A stretch of 59,268 nucleotides of DNA, the filler included, from Porpidia crustulata (Eukaryota), in assembly GCA_964255105.1 (NCBI GenBank). It is 10 parts of 10 records of this genome, joined end to end, with 100 filler letters (N's around TTAATTAATTAA, not from the genome) between each part and the next. Parts side by side here need not be neighbours in the genome. Positions count along the whole stretch, not along the records: positions 11,910 to 17,754 come from CAXUWE010001686.1; positions 17,855 to 23,696 come from CAXUWE010001687.1; positions 23,797 to 29,634 come from CAXUWE010001688.1; 7 more parts are not named here. One strand, 5' to 3'. The notes beneath the pieces were generated by a model. That model was not told the DNA's origin. It ran no database searches and saw only the letters and a list, made by a program, of their open reading frames with translations. The position numbers and the translations under genes are program-made. Of this stretch, positions 13,135-24,656 are shown one piece after another. Positions within the stretch are counted from its first letter, which is position 1, and each line of letters opens with the position of its first letter.

Positions 13135-13800
13135 TCAGTGCAAGCAATAGCAGTGGAGGGGCGCTCGGGGAGCGTGTAGGGTATATCGGAATGAATGGGT
13201 GTTGGCTCTGCTTTGCCTCCTTTGAGGATTGTCAAAGTCCATTGGTCATGTTTACCTTCTCTAGGGGCACAAGGCCTTCGACGCATGCTTTTTTCTTGCA
13301 GATTACCGACGTCTTTGTATTTCTTGTTAGATTAGGCTATATTACACATGTTCAATTAAGTAGATATCTTTGGAGCATTGAAGGATGGGCGTAAGACCTC
13401 AAGAGGGATTTAGGGTTTGTGGTCAGGTGATGTCGGATTTAAGACCCCTAGACCCGAAGGGCAATTCTGCTAAAAAATCACACAGCGCGTTGCTGTGCAG
13501 CACCTCAGCTATCAGTCTATGTTCTGTACATCTGGTCATTACCTACGATAGTTGTCTAGCTACAGAGTACTCGTGTCAATGTCTTTCAAGCATAAGTGAG
13601 AGGATGCCTGTGGGTTAAAAGATCCTGTCGATTAGAAGTCCTCATGCGATGACCAGCGGGTTCAACAGGCACGATATTCGTCACGAACTTGAAATAACAC
13701 ACAAACGGAATTACATCCCTCTTAATTGAGGGATCTGAAATAGAACTATGCGAGCAATGACTGACCTACTTTTTACTTAGTCTGAGTTGTCGACGAAGCA

Positions 13801-13885
13801 TGGAAAGAGCCACGATTCGAACCGTAATACTCTATAGCTAGAGCTTCAGGCTTTCTAACGCTCACCAGGTACTGAGCTACCTACG
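13801..13885 (-). pseudogene. Degenerate tRNA-like element (tRNA pseudogene or SINE head)
   Basis: Minus strand reads TAGCTCAGTACCTGGTGAGCGTTAGA..CTGAAGCTCTAG..TACGGTTCGAATCGTG: A-box with a perfect GCTC/GAGC D-stem and a GGTTCGAATC B-box. The acceptor stem does not pair. Confidence 0.45.
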
Positions 13886-16261
13886 TACTCTACGGCCTTT
13901 CCTTAGATTGGTATAGTCTTACAGTCTTCTGGTAATTCTTTTTACACTTGATACTCGCCGTCATCAACGTTCCTCCCGCTTTCCCAAGAGCCAATTAAGA
14001 TTGTATTCCTTTCGACTGGCTACACGGCTTGAAAGTTCTACTCAGACGAAGTTTCTGATCGCTCAAATTGACATAGAAATCTCTCGCTCAGGCTCTTAGC
14101 AGTGCAAGAATCAGCCAGCTTGAGAGATCACTATATTAATGCACTCTTTCTATGTCAGTTTCGAATTACGCACTACAGAGGTCAACCACGTTCAAAAAGA
14201 TTTAACCATAATTTCCAACCTCCTACCTTTACAGTCAGTCTTACAGAGCACAAGGTGCTATGATCGGAAAACAAACCTAGCATAGAAAACATTTCACAGA
14301 TTGTATAGTTACCCGATGCCTCTACTAGTAACAGCCTTCAGCTTGAGAAGTCGCCGGCGAATCTGCTTCTGCAAGTGTTCTTGCCGCCCACTGTGGTGTA
14401 GTTTCTGCGTCTAGTCAAGCCATTGCACATATTCCGCTTCTAGACCGCTACGATCTTTATGATTGTTCGTGCGATAGCAATGGACTGTGAGCACTTCTTC
14501 CAAGTTCACTAATCATAACAGAGCGAAAGGCAAAGTACCCACATCTAGAGGTGAAAATGTACCATCTTCGATACACGGCCATTTTACACTATCAATTTCA
14601 GACCTTTCAGGCGTAATGGATGTGGCGAACGTCTCTTACCGATTTCGATTAGCTGCGTCCTGTTTCAAGCGTTAGGGTAATCAGAGAGCTCGCGTTTGAT
14701 GCCGCTTAGATGGGATTGTGCAGACCCGCTACACTGAATATTCTAGCCATACTCATAGAAATATTTCCCGGACCACTAGACCCTGAATCCGCAGAGTTTC
14801 ACTTGATAAGGCACGTTCAGTTTCCACCTAAGTTGTGACTAATATCCACCTGGCCGGCGAGGGGCGACTTTTTCAAAGCGTAATGATGATGATGCTCTGA
14901 AGTGCTCTAGGAACGACTACCAGTCAGTCTTACAAGCATTGGCTGTGATGTACCCTGGGATTTATCTGTAATGTCGCTGACCGTTCTAGGTAAGCTATCA
15001 AAGACATCGAATATGAACATGTGCAAACAAGGGCGGGAGAACACAAGAAAGCTATTGATTAGTCTATCTATGAGAGGTAGCGTCTATGGGTTCGGAGAAA
15101 AAGCCCGCACGCTTGTTTTCACCTACCAGTATACAGCCACAAGACCGGCGAAGGTTCTCAAATCCAATCCTGAGTCATGTCCCGCCAATGATATGTAATT
15201 GCGCCGTTCAGTTGAAAGAATCAAGAAGAGGATACTTTAAATGCCAAGACACTTCAGTACTACAAGGTTCCAGGCTTGGAAGGGCTACAAGCAGAGAAGA
15301 AAGATCATGAGGGCATTCCAAGATGCTCGGGATTGGTCCTCGAGCGTATCGCTATTCGGCTCCTTCACTCGTTTACGCAACTGGCCTGACGTTATTTTCT
15401 GGCGGCAGTTGACTCTGTTTGCTAAACGATAATGTACCCCCTGTGCTCGTCATTCGCTTTCCTATGTAGCGAAAGCTCGATCAAGAAGCTTGTCACTGTC
15501 CAAGCTCCAGAGGTTAGGCATCCTGCAATATCGACACATTCTCTAGCCTCTAGGCCTTCAAGTAGGCTTTCAATTCTTGAAACACAGGGGAGCAATTTGA
15601 TTGCGGGAACGGCAGTTTGCGCAACGTCCGCTCTGTTGGAACCACGGTGGCAAATGTATCAGAAGCTGGCGATGACCGTTGTGCGGAATCCTTGTCAGTT
15701 GAGTGGGTCTTTGTGAGGTCTAGAAATTGAGCAGGTACGCAAAAGAGAACTTCATTTCGTCGATAGGCGCACAATATCCAGATCTCAAGATGAGCCTCTT
15801 CAAGGTCAGGATCGGCGATGCCATTGCCCCGGATCTGTTCCTTGCAGCGAGGCGTTTTTCGCTTCATCATTGGTGAAGAACGTGCGTCGAAGTTTGCGAA
15901 GGGAGATATTACTCGTGGCGAAGGCCTAGTCGAGGGTCGCTTTCATAGGTATTTGTGCGGGTACAAAGATCCAGGCTTGAGCGTAGGTCCAGGTGTGCCT
16001 TGCGCTTCGGCGCTTCTATAAAACTTGAACAGCGCGTCTCTGCGACGTCGACACCTCGCTACCCGTGCACTCGCAGGGTCCTCATTTATTACTTCAAATC
16101 ACGAGTGGCGCGCATCATGGATACTCTGATATTTGCGGTATCAGTTTTCGCGCTCACTTTAATGAGGGTCCAACGTCATGCTTCGAAGGCTCTTATATGC
16201 TCACAACAAACCTCAATCCGAACTATTCCTTGTTGAATCATTTACCACCGGTAACACCATT

Positions 16262-16990
16262 ATGTTTTACACAAATCTTGCCAGAATATTAGGTGCTACA
16301 GCTGTGGTCTGTGGGGTGTTGGGAGATTCATGGCAGTTCAACGGGACGATTACGGTGGACTCGGACACGACAAACATCATTACCATCACCGTCATGAACG
16401 AAGGCGTACATAATTATTCGATCCTTGCAAAGAACAACATGTTCGACGACTCTCACCCCTTTGCACCATTTTCCCTCTCGACTACTGCTGGTACTCCCGT
16501 CACCCTTGCTGGATCACGCTTCGATTACACTACCTTGACTGAGTCGCAATTCTTAAGTTTCCCACCAGGCACAGCGTGGACGCGGCAATTTAATGTATCA
16601 GAGTTTCTGCTGCCAGATCCAAAGTTGACGGTCGGAGCCTCGCAATGCTTTGTTATCTCTCTGCCGCCAACGTTACCAGTTGTATTGGTCGATAACCTCC
16701 AGCCTTCTCAGAAATTAGCCGACATATTCTTCACCGGAGGCATGATCGATATCCCGCTAGGATCCATTCCGCTCCACCATAATATATCAGATCCAGCCGG
16801 GGCATCTCAACACAATTCCAGCAGCGGTTCGTCCGCGGCGGCTGCTTCTACTAGCGCGACAGTCCCTGCCCAGGCATCTGCGAGCATCGGTCAAATGAAC
16901 AGGGCCACGGCTACAAGCTTGAACATCTTGAGTGGAGGAGGTGGCCAGCCAGCCGGCAATACCCAGGGACAGGGAACTGCGTCAGCCTAG
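16262..16990 (+). CDS. Secreted protein resembling an M35 (deuterolysin) pro-domain plus Ser/Ala/Gly-rich tail, 242 aa
   Basis: Signal peptide MFYTNLARILGATAVVCGVLG; segment ITITVMNEG..YSILAKNNMFD..PVTLAG..LTESQFLSFPPGTAWTRQFNV. No HEXXH. Confidence 0.75.
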   Translation: MFYTNLARILGATAVVCGVLGDSWQFNGTITVDSDTTNIITITVMNEGVHNYSILAKNNMFDDSHPFAPFSLSTTAGTPVTLAGSRFDYTTLTESQFLSFPPGTAWTRQFNVSEFLLPDPKLTVGASQCFVISLPPTLPVVLVDNLQPSQKLADIFFTGGMIDIPLGSIPLHHNISDPAGASQHNSSSGSSAAAASTSATVPAQASASIGQMNRATATSLNILSGGGGQPAGNTQGQGTASA

Positions 16991-17344
16991 ACCTTGAGGT
17001 GGCGAAGTTAAGAGCAGCTAACACGGGGCGGTGGTCTGATAACACGCCAGACCGATCTGTGCAGGATCATTGCAAGTGCGCCAGCAGACGGTGTATTGAT
17101 GTCTGGCCACAAGAACTGAGCAATCTGTCAGCGCAAATCCAGAAACTTCTCGTCCCCGCTCGAGCTCCAACTACCTGGCCAAGTCGAGTCAGCTGCACAT
17201 GATCAAAACGGATCATATCCCTGCTCGAAAAAAACATTCATGTGCAATGCATAAGCCGGCGTAGAAGTCTTTGCTGGATGGGATAATTAGATGAGAGCCC
17301 AGAAATTGTACATATGGGATCTACGGCGCCTGGGCATTGGGTTT

Positions 17345-17380
17345 GGGATCGGGATCGGGTTCGGGTTCGGGATCGGGTTC
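17345..17380 (+). repeat. Hexanucleotide microsatellite (GGGWTC)6
   Basis: GGGATC GGGATC GGGTTC GGGTTC GGGATC GGGTTC. Confidence 0.9.
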
Positions 17381-18289
17381 TTCTATCTCGGCGTCAAGGG
17401 GAACTTGAAACCATGACACAGTATTGGCAAGGGAAGGATTGGCAACGATACCACGGTTGTAAATTAGCTACGCGCAAGCGAGTGAGCGGGGAAAATATGA
17501 ACAAGTTGATTATGCACTTTGTGTTTGATTATGTCAGAGAGATGAAGGGGAAGAAATTCGTAGATGTGCAGGATCCGAGTGAGATGGTTCGCAGCATGGG
17601 TCAAGGTGAAGAGACAGTTTCGCTTGGCTTGTGTATGCTCGAACGGATAAAAAGCCTCTCAATCCCATTCCCATGAGACGTCTATACCAGAAATCATGTC
17701 ATCCCATGGCTTCATCATCGATACAAAGAGCACTCACCTCATCTCATCTAATCTNNNNNNNNNNNNNNNNNNNNNNNNNNNNNNNNNNNNNNNNNNNNTT
17801 AATTAATTAANNNNNNNNNNNNNNNNNNNNNNNNNNNNNNNNNNNNNNNNNNNNAGGCGAGGTTGGGCGGGTGATTACGGTGAATGACTGCGGTGAGTGA
17901 GACCCAGAGTGGAAAATCTATATTGTCCTGCTTACTGCCACTCATAGAAGAACCCTCGCAAGACAAAAATCCTCCCATGGAGAGAAAATCACATTCAGCA
18001 CAAATAATTTAATACTATGTATATGTACCAAGAATATCTAGCTTATAATCCCCGAGCCCTCCATAATTAAGCCTCCGTCCCTGATTAATTACCACCCTTT
18101 GGGGGTCCTGGTGTGTTTCTTGCGCAATAGCCATGTCAAGCAATAGCTGGGTATCTCAATTTCCGTAGCGCAATCTTCAATGGTTCCCCCACTCGATTTC
18201 CAGCCTCGTGGCTCCGACTCCAAAATTTAACGCAAACCCCCCATGTCTTGTTTTCATGACTTTTGTGTAAACCACCCAAATCAATGGTC

Positions 18290-21200
18290 TCAAATTCTGC
18301 CGCCCTCGACGACTTCCCTGCCCAAAATCTCTACTTGCCCCTCTATCGTCCTCCTTTTCTCCAATACCCACCTTCCCCCCTCTTCGCTGGTTTCCTTCAC
18401 ATAACTTACGCTCTCCGCCCCACTGCTGTTCCTGCTATGCCCGCTCTTGGTCGGCGGCATCCTTTTGACCGGAGAATGGCTTCGGTCCGCCTGCATGTAT
18501 GGCGCCGCCATGAGTAGTCCCTCTGGCATGGTCGAAAGAGTAATTGTGGTACTCGATGGAGAGGCATCGCCAGAGTTAGTACCGATGTTTTGACTATTGG
18601 AGAGGGAGTGGTTGGAGGTGGTGAAGCCATTGTGGCCATCAATGGGACTAGCGTTGTCAGAATAATAGGAGGCAGCGGCAGAGAGAGTAGGCGGGAGAAA
18701 GTTAAGTGGAGAGCCGCTCGAGCTGCTTTGGAGACTGGCGTTGCTTCCGCCCCAGGCTCCTCGTCGTAGCTTCATCAGCGCTGAGAGTGACATATCACCT
18801 CCCTCGTCGAGGTGCATCATGTCAGTCAGTTGCGCTAGACCAGAGGTACCCAGTGCTTGAGGAGCATAGCCATGCATAGCTAGCGAGATCGCCGAGTTAC
18901 GATTACTCCATTCGCTTCGCTCAGTGATAGGCGTAAGACTTGGTTCCTGAAGATTCACTCGGCCGCTGCGGCTTCTGCTAAGGCCTTCAATTCCCCTGGG
19001 CCCAAAGTATCCACCATTGGCATATTGGGCTTCACTGGAATCACCGGCACGAGCGAAGAAGCCAAACTCTTGGCCGTAAAAGCCTTCGTCGTCATTCTCA
19101 AGGGCTTCAGCGTTTGCAGCGGCAACGATAGGATCGTCTGCCAAAGTGTCGTCATAATCAAAGTCATCGGCGTCCTCGACAACGTCGTTGAGAAGCCCGT
19201 CTACGTCTTTGCTCGGCCGACTTTCATCAGCAATCATATCTGGCGATGAGTCTAGATCACTCGGCCGCCGAACAAATTGGCCATTGAGAGCAGCCTGGTT
19301 TGCGGCAAATGCTAATGCATCATGATAAGCCAAGAGGTTGTCCTGTGTAAGACCAGCTGCTTGACTGAATCCTGGGCGAGACACGTGCGGCAGACCAATG
19401 ACAGAATTCCTCGATTCTAAACTGGCAAAATCAAAATTTGGTATCCCCCGTTGTGTGTCTGGTGATGAGTCATTTTCGTTTAGAGTGGCTTGGTCAGAGG
19501 AGAGGTCCGATGGAGGAGGGCGATGTTTCATTTCCGTTGATATGCTATTTGAAGCTCCGAGTGGCTTCAAATCCCGTAGAGGTAAGCCGTAAACTCTGCT
19601 CGTCTCATCATCGAACACTGACTCATCAAATACTTCACCGCCCGTCTCATTGAGGTCTTCGATTATGCCATCGTCAAAATACAGATCATCGTCTTCATAA
19701 TTCTGTTGGAGGGGAGGAATGGGACTTTGGGTTTCAGTGAAAGGATGGGAATGAACTCCAACATGACTGTTGTTGTTAAGATTAATGCGCCGTAGTAGAT
19801 CAGGGCCATGCTCCTGAGACCGCTGTCCATCAGCAGAATCGTGACAAACCTCGAAAGTTGGCGAGAATTCCAAGGGAGCGAAGCCACTTATTTGACTTTG
19901 TTTGTCACGAGAAGTGTCTGCCGAAATGTTCTCAGTACTCATCGGGCTTGTGCCGCCGGTGAACGACGATTTAGATGGCGATACAAACGCGCCTCCATCC
20001 AGAGTATGCATAGACACAGGATTTCCGATCGAATCGATGTCCGCGTCAACTCCCGGTATCGATTCTTCAAAAGCCCCATCATCTTCCATATCATCATAGT
20101 CATCATAGCCCTCTTCGTCCCTGTCGTCGTGTTGGCGGTCATTAGTAGAGCGATCCGACGTCTCGCTCGCACGAGCCTTCTGCCTCGCCTTTTGCCTGTG
20201 TTTCTCCTCTAGTATCTTTTCTTGAGCTGAAGACCCCACCCCGGCTAAGTCAAAGCTGAATCGAGAAGCGTTACTTTTCAAGTGTTTCGGAAGTCCCGCA
20301 GGTTGGAACGAGGAATCGGAATTGGACGTGGACCATGCTCGAACTAGAGGCGGCGACTTTGGCGGTGACGATAGGGATGTTCGTGTGGCAGCGCTGTCTC
20401 TGGCGGTAGCTTCAGATACTGCCTCGAGCGGTGGTCGAGGAGGGGAAGGGGCTTGCCGAGACGGAGGGGAAGGCACCTGACGCGCTGCAGTGGAGTTTGT
20501 GGACAGGGATGGTGGTAGATTTCTTGCAAACGGCGGTAGTGTCGAGGGATCCAGATTGGGCTGCGAATTTGCGAGGGAAACTTGATACAAGAATGCCGAT
20601 GCTCGCCGCTTCGTGGGACCATCTTGTCCATCTTTCCAAGGCTCTACGTCGTCCTCAAAATGCTCTTTGAAGACCGGTGTATGTTCTCTTTCCGTACTGC
20701 TGGGACTATCATCCTCTGTCAAGGATGCTGATGAATTTGGCGAAAGTTTGGGCGGCCTCAATCCATATGGTTCTTGCTGTTTGCTCGCCTTGCTTCTCGG
20801 TCGAGGGGCGCTGAAGTCATGAATGACCTTTCCACGTATTCTTGGGTCATAGTCATCCGGAAGCCTCGAGCCGGCAGGAAGGGGCTTCTTGTATTGCGAA
20901 TACCTATCAAAAGGAATTTCTGACATCGCGCGAGAAGAGCGCCGTTTGGCTAATAGCGAAAGTGGATTGAGAAGGTTGAGCTTGCTTTTGCTGTGACGTA
21001 TATCACTGGCATTAGTGTTAGGCAATTCGGGAGGAGTGATCTTAAGGAACGAATGTTGAGTTGGATATGGAGGAGGTGGGGGGTTCCGTTGCGGTTGAGG
21101 CGGACTCGGTATTATCGGATGTATTGGATCTGGCCTGGGCTGATTTCGAGGCTCAGAGTAGGACCGCATCACTTCATAGCCAGTAATCCTCGATGACTCC

Positions 21201-21685
21201 TGCTCCTGTAGTACGTATCTGGACTGCTCCGGGGAGATAATTGGGCGTGGTAACGACGCATCCTCGAGCATTTGGTACTGGTGCTGTTCCGAAACTTCTT
21301 TGGCAATTGGATTATCTTGAGCTTTGCTATCCAGCGCAGATCTTGATGTTTTGAAGCCTCGTCGCTCAGAATGTTGGTAATGGAATTCTAAGCCTCCGTC
21401 TGTCCTCTCATCCAATTTCTCTGTTTCGATCTCTCCATTTGACTCGAATTGTAAGGCGACGCGGGGAATGGGAGGTAGCATGGGAGGATTCGCCGAGACG
21501 GGGGACGGTTGATAGGCCGTATCATCATCGGATGTCTGAGGAGGAGGTTGCTCGGAGGGGGGGTCTGAAAGCATTGGTGAGCCTTCATGATAATTTCTTG
21601 ACGAGGCTGCATGATGAGAGACTATGGCAGGGCCGTTTGTCGATCGTCGATTGCTTGGCCGGATACCATGAAGGTATGAGAACAT
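18290..21685 (-). CDS. Conserved Pezizomycotina hypothetical protein, largely disordered, 1131 aa
   Basis: 3.4-kb intronless ORF, first ATG at 21685. Motif islands LPDDYDPRIRGKVIHDFSAPRP, SRFSFDLAGVGSSAQEKILEEKH, GFYGQEFGFF, EPSLTPITERSEWSNRNS, WVLEKRRT..GREVVEGGRI. Confidence 0.9.
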   Translation of the reverse strand: MFSYLHGIRPSNRRSTNGPAIVSHHAASSRNYHEGSPMLSDPPSEQPPPQTSDDDTAYQPSPVSANPPMLPPIPRVALQFESNGEIETEKLDERTDGGLEFHYQHSERRGFKTSRSALDSKAQDNPIAKEVSEQHQYQMLEDASLPRPIISPEQSRYVLQEQESSRITGYEVMRSYSEPRNQPRPDPIHPIIPSPPQPQRNPPPPPYPTQHSFLKITPPELPNTNASDIRHSKSKLNLLNPLSLLAKRRSSRAMSEIPFDRYSQYKKPLPAGSRLPDDYDPRIRGKVIHDFSAPRPRSKASKQQEPYGLRPPKLSPNSSASLTEDDSPSSTEREHTPVFKEHFEDDVEPWKDGQDGPTKRRASAFLYQVSLANSQPNLDPSTLPPFARNLPPSLSTNSTAARQVPSPPSRQAPSPPRPPLEAVSEATARDSAATRTSLSSPPKSPPLVRAWSTSNSDSSFQPAGLPKHLKSNASRFSFDLAGVGSSAQEKILEEKHRQKARQKARASETSDRSTNDRQHDDRDEEGYDDYDDMEDDGAFEESIPGVDADIDSIGNPVSMHTLDGGAFVSPSKSSFTGGTSPMSTENISADTSRDKQSQISGFAPLEFSPTFEVCHDSADGQRSQEHGPDLLRRINLNNNSHVGVHSHPFTETQSPIPPLQQNYEDDDLYFDDGIIEDLNETGGEVFDESVFDDETSRVYGLPLRDLKPLGASNSISTEMKHRPPPSDLSSDQATLNENDSSPDTQRGIPNFDFASLESRNSVIGLPHVSRPGFSQAAGLTQDNLLAYHDALAFAANQAALNGQFVRRPSDLDSSPDMIADESRPSKDVDGLLNDVVEDADDFDYDDTLADDPIVAAANAEALENDDEGFYGQEFGFFARAGDSSEAQYANGGYFGPRGIEGLSRSRSGRVNLQEPSLTPITERSEWSNRNSAISLAMHGYAPQALGTSGLAQLTDMMHLDEGGDMSLSALMKLRRGAWGGSNASLQSSSSGSPLNFLPPTLSAAASYYSDNASPIDGHNGFTTSNHSLSNSQNIGTNSGDASPSSTTITLSTMPEGLLMAAPYMQADRSHSPVKRMPPTKSGHSRNSSGAESVSYVKETSEEGGRWVLEKRRTIEGQVEILGREVVEGGRI

Positions 21686-22407
21686 GATGGCCAATGCCAA
21701 CGAAGGCGATTGAGGTCAAGGAACAGTCATGGAGGATCGAAGGCTACAATTGTAGCTTGTGATTGTCGAGTTCCAGGTGTTTGGAGGACTGTCGGAGAAG
21801 GTAAGAGGTAGATAAGATTACTGGAGTGTTTATCGATAGCAGAAGAAACTTGGAGAGATCGTATAAGTAGCATGAGCCATATCGATCATAGTCACGATCT
21901 TCATGGCTGCCGCAGTGATATTGCTGTGGTTGCCGTTGTTGTAGTTGTACTCAGATCAATTTACAGATGACAATTCTTCCGCTGCGTTCGTGATAACGAG
22001 ATTGATGATCGATCAATGGACCAATCCGATGATTTGGTATGTCAGGCTTATGTAATCGTCCTTCTCGACCACGACGTCCCTCGGTCCAGCTGTAAGGTAT
22101 CAGCTGTGTATTATGTATAGAACTTCGCATGGTCTAAATTGAGACAATTGACAATCTTGGAATATCGGTTTTGTTCAGCTGATTGGTTGTTCAAATGTCC
22201 CCCACTACTTGATAAGTTTCAACGTCAATATCATATTTCAAAGCGGATTAAAGACCTCTGCAGCAAGCAGTGTACCCCTGAGGATCTGTCATGCGTGAGG
22301 TCCACATCAATGATTGAGTGGATTTATACTGGACTGACTAGTAGCCAACCTCGAATTGGTTCCTCCCATACCATTCTCATCTCGCGTCGTATCAAAGAAT
22401 CGGAACA

Positions 22408-23205
22408 ATGACAGACTCTCGATTCCTTCAGCTACCAAGAGAGCTCCGCGACCGCATCTATGATTTCCTACTTCATCCAGAGACAGGAGCCCTTGAGCCA
22501 CGAATCAGATGGCTCGAATTTGCGATCAGGATGCCAAAAATTCACATACACAGCACAAGCTATCATGGCTTACTCCTCTCTAACCGTCAAGTATTCGCGG
22601 AGCTGTTCGACGCTTTGTCCCGGAGTGGAACCACAGCAAAATTTGACTGCCTGGTGCTGGAAACGCGCCTTTTCTTATCTTGGGCGCCGTTACCCCCATT
22701 GACGAGATACCCTTGGGCGCCGTTACCCCCATTAACGAGATGCCTTCGAATCGTCGAGGTGAGATTGCGCATCTTCGACGGGACGAGTTATCTATGGAGT
22801 AGTGATGTCGGCCCGAGAACCGTCATGCAGTCTCTCTTCCGGCTCCTTGGAGGGTTCGCCAATTACGGCCCACGGGTTGCCGGAAAGCCACTTGGGCACA
22901 ACTTGTGCTTGCGAGGCCTCATCATTAATCTTGCGGCTGAGCCGCCGCCGGATCACGTACGCAAATGGTCGCGATACAAGTATGAAGCCGATTCAGGCGA
23001 CGACGTGTACAGAGTACTATTATCTCACCTTTGAATCCTATGTCACAGTGGCCTGCTCTTTGGGAGCGTGGAGATGCTTCAGTATCGCTACCGTGGGTAG
23101 GAGGATAAAAATTGGATCATTTTCGACAAAGAAGATACTCTCGCGACCGCAAAGGCATGGGCTCTTGACGATTGGGAGCCTGGACGAAAACTCCGCGGCC
23201 GATGA
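22408..23205 (+). pseudogene. F-box-like (FLQLPRELRDRIY) protein with premature stops
   Basis: N-terminal LPxELRxxIY motif. The frame stays protein-like (ILCHSGLLFGSVEML..) past TGA 23032-23034 and TAG 23098-23100 to TGA 23205. Confidence 0.55.
22679..22744 (+). repeat. 33-bp in-frame tandem duplication (WAPLPPLTR x2)
   Basis: CTTGGGCGCCGTTACCCCCATTGACGAGATACC followed by CTTGGGCGCCGTTACCCCCATTAACGAGATGCC, 2 mismatches. Confidence 0.95.
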
Positions 23206-24070
23206 TCAGCCAACTATAGCTCGTTGTGTTCACTTGGTCAGACAAAGTATCTACAACCAATGATTACACTCCCAAGCGTATCCAAGAGCATAAAAAGAAT
23301 CATATCACCGCACATCGACCGATAAACTTACGTATGTTTCAAGTATCATCAAAAGAGAACCTTCAACCCACCCAGCTTCTCCGAGTAGCACAGAAACATC
23401 CACCGCACATACTCTCAATTCTCTATACCATCCCAACCAACCCTAATCCAATCCCCCCTTCCAAAACCCCACGACTCCAAACCTATATAGACACAACACA
23501 CACGCAAACATACACATTCACTACCAAAAGCCTTACCAAAAAAAAACATAAACGAAAAAAGTCTCACCTACCTCCCCCCGTAAGCCCCATCTCAAGCTCC
23601 TGCCATAAACAATTCCGACAGCCGTAACGTTTCGATTTCCTAACAATCAACGGTTTACAGGTCCTTTTTTTCGAATGACTCGTCATTCATTACATANNNN
23701 NNNNNNNNNNNNNNNNNNNNNNNNNNNNNNNNNNNNNNNNTTAATTAATTAANNNNNNNNNNNNNNNNNNNNNNNNNNNNNNNNNNNNNNNNNNNNGGGA
23801 TGAGTGTTGGAGAGTCGGAGCTTCGTGTGGTTGAGTATCAGAGAACCAATGCGCTCCAACTTAATAAAGTTTCGCATGGATCCTCTGGTCAGGTCTCACG
23901 CCCAAAATGCCTTACCAAGGAATGGTACTTTAAGCACTGTCACATAGAAAACAATGGAAGTGGAGGATACGAGTACAGACCTGAGTACAACCCGCCGAGC
24001 TTCTTCCATAAACCCCCCAAGAATAGCCTACACAGCTCAGAAAATAGCGATTGGAACCCACCCAGGCCTT

Positions 24071-24656
24071 TCATTTGCCACCAAAGCCGAACCAGCTGGC
24101 AATCCCATTCTTCGCTTCCGACGTTTTCCTCTCAACCGTCTTGTCGAAATTGTCCACCTTTTTATGCAGCTCCTTGCGCGTCTCTTTTAGGTCTTTCTCC
24201 AGCGCGACCTTGGAATCATGTGCGACATCGTGGAGCTTTCCGTTGGCTTCGCGGGCTTTGGCGGCGATTGCGGCGTCGGTTTCGTGGAGCTTGTTCTTGG
24301 CGTCGGTGACCTGTAAAGAGGCATCAGTGACGCTCAGGGCCATTTACTAGCTATGCAAAGACACAAACCGTATTGTCGATCTTAGAGCCGGCTATTTGGG
24401 CCCATTCTTCTCCCTGTTTTTGGGCTTCCTTTCCAGAAAGGTTTTGTCCTCTGAGTCTGGCAGCAGCTGCTGACGCATCGTCTACGCTGCTGGGTCAATT
24501 GACACATGATAAACTTTCTAAAGGAAGGTAAGACGTACGCTCGATCTTCTTCTCGGCGACCTTGGGATCACCTCCAGCTGCATATAGATAGTACCCTCCT
24601 GCACCGGCTACAGTCAGACCGAGCATCAATGGTATTCTGGATTTTGGTTGGGACAT
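24071..24656 (-). CDS. Small conserved fungal protein with N-terminal membrane anchor and LEA-like helical repeats, 3 exons (24656-24539, 24481-24369, 24310-24071), 156 aa
   Basis: MSQPKSRIPLMLGLTVAGAGGYYLYAAGGDPKVAEKKIEHDA...; Ala/Lys/Asp/Glu-rich helices; C-terminal SWFGFGGK; two canonical introns. Confidence 0.85.

Noticed and set aside
17314..17676. 120-aa ORF with DRDRVRVRDR
   Set aside because: The dipeptide run comes from a hexamer microsatellite; there is no other coding evidence.
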